Assembly: GCA_963921275.4 (NCBI GenBank)
Contig: OZ001293.3
Location: 3,808,001-3,872,000, forward strand
Reading direction: 5' to 3'
DNA length: 64,000 nt
Source of the DNA: an uncultured Hormoscilla sp.
GTDB taxonomy: Bacteria; Cyanobacteriota; Cyanobacteriia; Cyanobacteriales; Desertifilaceae
This document shows, one piece after another, positions 56,666-64,000 of this stretch (position 1 is its first letter; each line of letters starts with the position of its first letter). The notes beneath the pieces were generated by a model. It was not told where the DNA came from and made no database searches. It saw only the letters and a program-made list of their open reading frames with translations. The position numbers and the translations under genes were made by a program.

Positions 56666-59600
56666 TTGAATATGGATATCAAAAATGTTAGAGATATATA
56701 CCGATTGTCGCCAGTACAAGAAGCGGTCCTGGGGGATGATCGGCCAGGTTGCGGTCAATTAATTTGTGAAGTGCGTGGAGAGCTAGATTTTGATAAATTA
56801 GAACAAGCTTGGCAACAGACGGTAGAGCAGCAGCCGGTGTTGCGAACCTTATTTGTCTGGAAAAACTTAGAACGTCCGCAGCAAGTTGTAGTCAAAAAAC
56901 TGAAAGTTGCACTATTAAAACAAGATTGTAGCGAATCGATAGAGAGTTTTCTTGAAAGGGAAAGAGAGCAGATGGTAAGGCAGGATGCCTTACCGCTGGC
57001 CAGACTAGCAGTTTGTCGGATGTCAGAACAAGTGCAGCAAGTGGTGATGACGTATCATAACTTAATTATGGACAAACATAGTAGTTATTTGCTTTTAAGG
57101 GAAGTATGGAGTAACTATGGCGATCGGACAATAAATAGAGAAGAAATTCCAGCGTTCAAAGATTATATAAGTTGGCTCAAAAAACAGGATCGCTCTAATG
57201 CGGAAGCTTTTTGGAGTCAGTGGTTAAAGGGAGTTTCTCCATCGACCCCATTGGCGATCGCGCGGTATGGGGGAACGGCGTCGGGTGACGATCGCGCTTC
57301 TGTAAAAATCCCAGCAGCGGTAGTATCATCGTGGCAGGCCGAATATCAGTTAAGCTTAAGCATACTGGTGCAAGGGGCTTGGGCTCTACTGTTGAGTCGC
57401 TATGGCGACTCGGAAGAGGTGGTATTTGGTCTGGAAGTAACTGGCCGTCCAGAGGCGCTTCCAGGATCGGAGTTCATAATAGGGGCTTTTCAGAACAGGC
57501 TACCAGTCCGAGTACGAGTTTGTCCGGATGTATCTGTAAGAACTTGGCTGGAAGAATTACAAGCGCAGCAAGCAGAACTACAGCAATATGCCTACAATTC
57601 GCTAGCACAAATACGAGATTGGAGTAAGATAAATAACTTAAGCTTATCTAGCTATGTAAGTTATGCTGCGGACAAGCCCGAAGAGTGGGTACAACTGCAG
57701 GATGACAGCAGTAGGGTGGGCAGTGCCCACCCTGCTTTAGGATGGCTCGAAAGTAGGGAAAGTCGAAATTGCCCGATCGCTCTAACGGCCCAGGGGTCTA
57801 AAGAATTAACTTTAGAAATAATATACGACCGGGCCCGGTTTGAGTCAGGGGCGATCGCGCGGTTACTGGGACATCTAGAAACTTTAATGACTGCCATGGC
57901 AACAAGGCCCGACGTTGCTCTAGAAAAGTTGCCATTATTAACAGACCGGGAACGGGAACAACTGGCCAAATGGAACGAAGGCCAAACAGATTATCCTCAA
58001 GATCGATGCATTCATCAACTAATTGCAGCGCAAGCAGAGCAGACTCCCGATCGGGTGGCGGTAGCATTTTCCGATTTTTCCGGAACGGTGCAGCAGCTCA
58101 CCTATGGGGAGTTGAATAAACGTGCCAACCAACTAGCTCATTACCTGCAAGGAATGGGGGTGGGACCGGATGTCCTAGTGGGGATTTGTGTAGAACGTTC
58201 CTTGGAGATGCTGGTGGGAATACTGGGGATATTGAAAGCAGGTGGTGCTTACGTACCAATAGACCCCGGCTATCCTTTTGAGCGGATATCCTTTATTTTG
58301 GGAGATGCGCAGCCTCCAGCATTGTTAACTCAAGAGCATTTAGAAGCAGAACTACCGGTCCATTGGGGACAGGTAATTTGTCTGGACGCGGAGTGGGAGG
58401 AAATAGCAGCAGAAAGCGAGTCCAATCCTAGCAGCAATGTTACCGCAGAGAATTTAGTTTATGTAATCTATACATCAGGATCGACAGGAAAGCCCAAGGG
58501 AGTTTTAGTAAGCCATCGAAATTTAGTCGATTCAACGATCAACCGCTGTGATTATTATCCAGAACCACCGCAATCTTTCCTGTTACTCTCTTCTTTTGCT
58601 TTCGATAGTTCCGTAGCAGGCATATTTTGGACGTTGTGCTGTGGTGGCAAGCTAGTACTGCCACCACAGCAGTTTCAGTCGGAACCAGAACAGCTGGCAA
58701 GCGCGATCGCCCAGCATCAAGTAGAATATTTGTTGAGCATACCTTCTCTGTATGCTGTAGTTTTGGAGCAAGCAGCGGAACTATCGGGACTGCGGGGAGC
58801 GATCGTGGCGGGAGAAGCATGTCCGGGGAAGCTAATCGAGCAACATCGCCAGTTACTACCAGATTGCGCTCTCTTTAATGAATACGGTCCCACAGAAGGG
58901 ACGGTATGGAGTACAGTTTATAACTGTCAAGATTGGCAACAGGAAATATCGGTGCCCATCGGACGCCCGATCGGCAATACTCAAATTTATATTCTCGATC
59001 GGCATCTGCAACCAGTACCGATCGGGATTAAAGGGGAACTGTATATCGGCGGTGCGGGGATCGCGCGGGGCTATCTGCAACGCCCGGAGTTAACGGAATC
59101 AAAATTCATTAGGGATCCTTTTAGCGATCGCCCCGGGGCCCGTCTCTATAGAACGGGAGATTGGGCTCGCTACCGAGAAGATGGTAATATCGAGTTCCTG
59201 GGTCGCATCGACGACCAAGTAAAGATTCGCGGCTACCGGATCGAACTGGGAGAAATTGAAGCTATCTTGGGACAGCATCAGGGAGTGGCTCAAACCGCAG
59301 TTATCGCCAGGTCGGAGGGCGATCGCCAACGTCTAGTAGCCTATATTGTCCCTTCGGAGGAGTCCGACGTGCCTAGTGCTAATGACCTCCGGGATTTCCT
59401 CAAGAGCAAGCTGCCAGAATATATGGTGCCAGCAAGGTTTGTGAGTCTGTCGGCCATGCCACTCACCCCTAATGGTAAGATCGACCGCCGCGCTCTCCCA
59501 GCACCAGAAGATGTAAATCCCAGTTCGGACTCGGGTTTTGCCGCGCCCCGATCGCCCCAGGAGGAATGCTTAGCAAGGATTTGGAGCGAACTGTTAAGGC

Positions 59601-61213
59601 TAAAACAAGTTAGTATTCACGACAATTTCTTTGAATTGGGTGGGGACTCGATCGTCAGCATTCAAATGATCGCCAGAGCAAATCAGGCGGGTTTAGCAGT
59701 CAATCCCAAACAACTCTTCGAGCATCAGACCATTGCTAAATTAGCAGCAGTTGCAGGTACGACCTCTGGAATTATTGCTCAACAGGGGATAGTTACGGGG
59801 GCGATGCCCTTAACCCCCATTCAACATTGGTTCTGGGAGCAAAATTTACCCGCACCGCATCATTTCAATCAATCAATCCTCTTAAAGGTATCGTCAAAGC
59901 TGAAACCGGAATTATTGCAGCAAGCGGTGCAGCAATTGCTAGTACATCACGATGCTGTGCGCCTGCGCGCTCAAGGTTGGCCTCCCAAACAGGCGATCGC
60001 TCCAGTAGACGAGACAGGACCCTTTGCAGTCGTGGACTTGTCCGATATTGAGGCGCTAAAACAGCCCCAGGCGATCGCCTCTAGAGCCACAGAAATTCAG
60101 GCTAGCTTGAATTTGACAGATGGACCGATAATGCGGGTAGTGTTATTTAAGTTGGGCAGGTCGGGGCCCGATCGCCTGTTCTTAGTCATCCATCATCTAG
60201 CCGTTGATGGCATCTCCTGGCGCATCTTGCTGGAAGATATGAAGAACGCTTGCGAACAAGGATCGCGGGGAGAAACCATCCAATTGCCGCCGAAAACCAC
60301 TTCTTTCCCCGATTGGGCCGAGCGGCTAATTGCATATGCTGAATCTCCAACAGTAAACCAAGAACTAGATTATTGGCAAGCGCAATCCCCATCGGAGGTG
60401 ACGGCGATGCCAGTAGATCTACCAGAGGGGAAAGGCAATAACACTGTTGCTTCCAGTAAAACATTGTCAGTATCCCTGAATGCAGAACAAACCCGCCTGC
60501 TGTTGCAAGAAGTACCGTCGGCTTACAATACTCAAATTAACGAGGTGCTGCTCACAGCATTAACGCAAAGTTGGGTAAAATGGACTGGTGCTAGGGGACT
60601 GCTAGTGGAACTAGAAGGTCACGGACGCGAACAACTATGGGAAGATGTAGATTTGTCGCGGACGGTGGGTTGGTTTACAACTCGATTTCCCGTTTGCTTG
60701 CAACTCGGCGCAACTGTTAACCAACCAGGGGAGGCGCTCAAATCAATCAAGGAACAATTGCGGCAGATTCCGGCCAAAGGCATTGGTTACGGGATCTTGC
60801 GTTATCTCAGTCCGGATGGGACCATGCGATCGCAGCTAAAAAAACAGACGCAACCGGAGGTAAGCTTTAATTACCTGGGGCAATTTTATTTTTACCAGTC
60901 AGAATCGATTCTGCTAGGATTTGCCGGAGAAGAGACAGGTCCGATACAAAGCCCATTAGGAAAGCGCCGGTATCTACTGGAACTGAACGGATTGGTGGTT
61001 GAAGGTAAGTTACAATTAGATTGGACTTACAGCGAAAATATTCACAAAGAAACTACAATAGCACGGCTAGCCCAGGATTTTCTGGAAGCATTGAACTCGA
61101 TTATAGACCATTGCGTTGCGCCGGAGACGGGCAGCTATACACCTTCAGACTTTCCGGATGTAGCATTAAGCCAGTCAGAACTGGACGATTTGGTGGCCGA
61201 AATAAATTGGTAA
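56666..61213 (+). CDS. NRPS: degenerate C (interface-like)-A(His-like)-T-E
   Basis: C lacks HHxxxDG (YHNLIMDK); hand-read A code DSALIAEVWK; T LGGDSI; E HHLAVDGISW, EGHGRE and FNYLGQ. Confidence 0.9.
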   Translation: MNMDIKNVRDIYRLSPVQEAVLGDDRPGCGQLICEVRGELDFDKLEQAWQQTVEQQPVLRTLFVWKNLERPQQVVVKKLKVALLKQDCSESIESFLEREREQMVRQDALPLARLAVCRMSEQVQQVVMTYHNLIMDKHSSYLLLREVWSNYGDRTINREEIPAFKDYISWLKKQDRSNAEAFWSQWLKGVSPSTPLAIARYGGTASGDDRASVKIPAAVVSSWQAEYQLSLSILVQGAWALLLSRYGDSEEVVFGLEVTGRPEALPGSEFIIGAFQNRLPVRVRVCPDVSVRTWLEELQAQQAELQQYAYNSLAQIRDWSKINNLSLSSYVSYAADKPEEWVQLQDDSSRVGSAHPALGWLESRESRNCPIALTAQGSKELTLEIIYDRARFESGAIARLLGHLETLMTAMATRPDVALEKLPLLTDREREQLAKWNEGQTDYPQDRCIHQLIAAQAEQTPDRVAVAFSDFSGTVQQLTYGELNKRANQLAHYLQGMGVGPDVLVGICVERSLEMLVGILGILKAGGAYVPIDPGYPFERISFILGDAQPPALLTQEHLEAELPVHWGQVICLDAEWEEIAAESESNPSSNVTAENLVYVIYTSGSTGKPKGVLVSHRNLVDSTINRCDYYPEPPQSFLLLSSFAFDSSVAGIFWTLCCGGKLVLPPQQFQSEPEQLASAIAQHQVEYLLSIPSLYAVVLEQAAELSGLRGAIVAGEACPGKLIEQHRQLLPDCALFNEYGPTEGTVWSTVYNCQDWQQEISVPIGRPIGNTQIYILDRHLQPVPIGIKGELYIGGAGIARGYLQRPELTESKFIRDPFSDRPGARLYRTGDWARYREDGNIEFLGRIDDQVKIRGYRIELGEIEAILGQHQGVAQTAVIARSEGDRQRLVAYIVPSEESDVPSANDLRDFLKSKLPEYMVPARFVSLSAMPLTPNGKIDRRALPAPEDVNPSSDSGFAAPRSPQEECLARIWSELLRLKQVSIHDNFFELGGDSIVSIQMIARANQAGLAVNPKQLFEHQTIAKLAAVAGTTSGIIAQQGIVTGAMPLTPIQHWFWEQNLPAPHHFNQSILLKVSSKLKPELLQQAVQQLLVHHDAVRLRAQGWPPKQAIAPVDETGPFAVVDLSDIEALKQPQAIASRATEIQASLNLTDGPIMRVVLFKLGRSGPDRLFLVIHHLAVDGISWRILLEDMKNACEQGSRGETIQLPPKTTSFPDWAERLIAYAESPTVNQELDYWQAQSPSEVTAMPVDLPEGKGNNTVASSKTLSVSLNAEQTRLLLQEVPSAYNTQINEVLLTALTQSWVKWTGARGLLVELEGHGREQLWEDVDLSRTVGWFTTRFPVCLQLGATVNQPGEALKSIKEQLRQIPAKGIGYGILRYLSPDGTMRSQLKKQTQPEVSFNYLGQFYFYQSESILLGFAGEETGPIQSPLGKRRYLLELNGLVVEGKLQLDWTYSENIHKETTIARLAQDFLEALNSIIDHCVAPETGSYTPSDFPDVALSQSELDDLVAEINW

Positions 61214-61225
61214 GGAAGATCGATC

Positions 61226-64000
61226 GTGAACAAAGATAAAAAAAATATAGAAACCATATATCCGCTTTCTCCCATGCAGGAGGGTATCCTGTTTCATACG
61301 CTTTACAGGCCAGAATCGGAAATATACTTTCAGCAATTAAACTTGACATTGCAGGGAAATCTCAATGTAGTAGCGTTCCAGCAGGCGTGGGAGAGAGTAG
61401 TAGAAAGACATGCAGCATTGCGGACTCTATTTCTCTGGGAAAATAGGGAAAAGCCCCTGCAAGTAGTGGTAAAGTCAGTAAAAATGCCTTGGCAAAACCT
61501 AGACTGGCAGTCACTGCCCTTTGCAGAAAAACAAGAGGGTTTGCAAGCTTTCAAGCAAGCAGAATTGGAGCAGCAGGTACCGCTGAATCAAACCCCGCTG
61601 ATGCGTTGGACGTTAATTCAGTTGCAAGCAGATTGCTATGAATTAGTATGGTCTCACCATCATCTGGTGACGGATGGTTGGAGTCTGTCCGTTATCCTGC
61701 AAGAAGTATTGGCTTTCTATCAGGCGATCGATGCAGGCAAAGATATCTCCTTGGCACCGGTGCGTCCCTACCGGGATTATATTGCTTGGTTGCAGAAACA
61801 GGACTTGACTCAAGCGAAGGTCTTCTGGCAAAAAAGTCTGGATGGGTTCGCAGCTCCGACTCCTTTGGTCGTAGACCGTCGCCTCCCCCACCACAGGGCT
61901 TTAGAAAAGTCAGCATACGCAGAAGGGTATTTATCAGCAAAGACGACCGCAGCATTACAGTTACTGGCAAAGGCAAATGCTTTTACTTTAAATACGATCG
62001 TGCAAGGGGCCTGGGCACTGCTGCTCAGTCGCTATAGTGGAGAGTCAGACATTCTCTTTGGAGCGACGGTTTCTGGTCGGACTCCAACCTTGTCAGGAAT
62101 AGAATCAATGGTAGGGCTGTTTATTAATACAGTCCCGGTGCGAGTCGAAGTACCGGCAGCAGGACAATTATTACCTTGGTTGCAACAGTTGTTCTCTCAA
62201 CAAAGAGAACGAGATTTGTATTCCTACAGCCCTCTAGTAGAAATCCAAGCTAACTCGCAAGTGGCAGAAGGAATGCCTTTGTTTGAAAGCTTGTTGGTAT
62301 TTGAGAACTATCCATTAGACGAAGCATCTAAGCATAAATTTGGGGATTTAGAAATTAGCAAGGTGACGGGGGTAGAGCAAACGAATTATCCCCTGACAGC
62401 GATCGTCATTCCCGGGTCACAGCTCTTCATCAGAATTATCTACGATGCGGAGCGCTTTGAGGCGGATACGATCAGCAGGATGTTGGGGCATTTGCAAACG
62501 CTGCTAGAGGCGATCGCCAGCAACCCGTACCAACGGTTATCAGAGATTGCTCTGCTAACGAAAGCCGAAAAATATCAACTTTTAGAAGAATGGAATGATA
62601 CGAAAACTAACTATCCTGCCGACAAGTGTATTGGCAGGTTATTTGAGGAGCAAGTAGACAAGAACCCCCAGGCGATCGCCGCTATCTACGAAGACGGACA
62701 ACTCACTTATCAACAACTTAATAGCCGTGCCAATCAACTGGCACGTCACCTGCAAAGTCTGGGGGTTAAACCAGAGGTGCTAGTCGGAGTATATATCGAA
62801 CGCGGGTTAGATACGATCGTGGCGATGCTCGGCATCCTCAAAGCTGGTGGTGCTTACCTGCCCCTAGATCCCACCTATCCCCAAGAGCGCCTAGCCTATA
62901 TGATAGAAGATGCGGCCGTGTCTGTCTTGCTAACGAAATCGGAATTAACAGCAAAATTACCCTCATATCAAGTCAAAGTAGTCTGTTTAGATGATGCCAA
63001 ACTGATTAGCGATTACAGTACTGACAACCCCACAACAGCAGTAACGTCTAGCAACTTAGCCTATGTAATTTACACTTCTGGTTCTACCGGGAAACCCAAA
63101 GGGGTCGCAGTACCGCAACAGGCGATCGTCCGCTTAGTCAAGCAAACAAACTACCTACAATTAAGACAGAATGAATGCTTCGCACAAGCGTCAAATGCAA
63201 ATTTTGATGCCGCGACTTTCGAGATTTGGGGAGCTTTACTGAATGGATATAAGCTTGTAGGACTAACCAAGGAAATCATGCTCTCCCCAGAACAACTAAG
63301 AGAGCATTTGACTCGATATCAAATTACCATATTGTTTATCACGACGGCTCTTTTCAATCAATTAGTTAGCGCCCAAACCGATATCTTTACATCCCTACGA
63401 ACTATCTTGTTTGGAGGAGAAGCTATAAACCCATCCTGGGTAGAAGCGGTACTAAAAAATGGACCTCCCGAAAGATTGTTGCATGTCTACGGTCCTACAG
63501 AAAGTACCACATTTGCAACCTGGTATTTAATCAGACAGGTACCTGCTGGCGCGACTAACATCCCTATAGGTCGTCCCCTCTCCAATACAACCCTTTACGT
63601 TTTGGATCCTCACCAGCAACCGGTCCCGATCGGAGTTCCCGGAGAATTGTATATCGGCGGAGACGGTTTAGCACGGGGTTACTTAAATCGTCCGGAATTG
63701 ACGCAGCAAAAGTTTGTAGCGAACCCGTTTAGCATTAACCCAAGTCGCCTTTACAAAACGGGGGACTTAGTCGGTTACCTCCCCGACGGAAACATTGAGT
63801 TTATGGGGAGAATAGACAAGCAAGTAAAAATACGCGGTTTTCGCATTGAACTTGGAGAAATCGAGTCGGTCCTCTCGGGACATAATGCGGTGCAAAAATC
63901 TGTAGTTGTCGTCAGAGAAGATGATGGGAAAGATCGGCATTTAGTTGCTTATATTGTTCTTAATGAGGCGAAGAATAGCTTACAACAAAATGAATTAATA
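61226..64000 (+). CDS. NRPS C(DCL-like)-A(Ile-like), runs off the window
   Basis: Manual translation from GTG: NIETIYPLSPMQEGILFH, HHLVTDG, YTSGSTGKPKG; hand-read A code DAFFLGVTFK. Confidence 0.9.
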   Translation, partial: MNKDKKNIETIYPLSPMQEGILFHTLYRPESEIYFQQLNLTLQGNLNVVAFQQAWERVVERHAALRTLFLWENREKPLQVVVKSVKMPWQNLDWQSLPFAEKQEGLQAFKQAELEQQVPLNQTPLMRWTLIQLQADCYELVWSHHHLVTDGWSLSVILQEVLAFYQAIDAGKDISLAPVRPYRDYIAWLQKQDLTQAKVFWQKSLDGFAAPTPLVVDRRLPHHRALEKSAYAEGYLSAKTTAALQLLAKANAFTLNTIVQGAWALLLSRYSGESDILFGATVSGRTPTLSGIESMVGLFINTVPVRVEVPAAGQLLPWLQQLFSQQRERDLYSYSPLVEIQANSQVAEGMPLFESLLVFENYPLDEASKHKFGDLEISKVTGVEQTNYPLTAIVIPGSQLFIRIIYDAERFEADTISRMLGHLQTLLEAIASNPYQRLSEIALLTKAEKYQLLEEWNDTKTNYPADKCIGRLFEEQVDKNPQAIAAIYEDGQLTYQQLNSRANQLARHLQSLGVKPEVLVGVYIERGLDTIVAMLGILKAGGAYLPLDPTYPQERLAYMIEDAAVSVLLTKSELTAKLPSYQVKVVCLDDAKLISDYSTDNPTTAVTSSNLAYVIYTSGSTGKPKGVAVPQQAIVRLVKQTNYLQLRQNECFAQASNANFDAATFEIWGALLNGYKLVGLTKEIMLSPEQLREHLTRYQITILFITTALFNQLVSAQTDIFTSLRTILFGGEAINPSWVEAVLKNGPPERLLHVYGPTESTTFATWYLIRQVPAGATNIPIGRPLSNTTLYVLDPHQQPVPIGVPGELYIGGDGLARGYLNRPELTQQKFVANPFSINPSRLYKTGDLVGYLPDGNIEFMGRIDKQVKIRGFRIELGEIESVLSGHNAVQKSVVVVREDDGKDRHLVAYIVLNEAKNSLQQNELI

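Overview
Cyanobacterial DNA, judged by frequent HIP1 GCGATCGC, heptamer STRR-type repeats, GAAACC(G/A)GGTTTCT-type palindromes and cyanobacterial-type genes. It looks like a genome in active decay. 1-14.4 kb holds housekeeping genes (RfaE-like kinase, cobI, photolyase, Na+/H+ antiporter, cytM, ABC transporter) mixed with pseudogenes and a hypothetical gene preceded by a 21-nt tandem array. 14.4-31.2 kb is a nested mobile-element graveyard (IS630, ISL3, IS66, IS982, IS5, IS4, IS1634, MITEs, broken hicAB) around one intact leuC. The window holds four group II introns: one dead RT-encoding intron just upstream of leuC and three related ORF-less introns. In two of the ORF-less copies the differing EBS1 loops each match their own 5' exon; the third has lost EBS1. 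31.7-37 kb has pyk, an IS-split sfsA and a decaying two-component pair. 39.3-64 kb is a largely intact hybrid NRPS-PKS cluster with unusual parts: an A domain interrupted by a PRMT-like methyltransferase, a PKS module with DH+ER inside the KR and split over two genes, a stand-alone C domain, a CmlA-type beta-hydroxylase, and an I-A(His-like)-T-E module followed by a C-A(Ile-like) module. Very small in-frame mobile repeats are scattered through coding sequence. All family calls come from motif recognition by eye, not from database searches.
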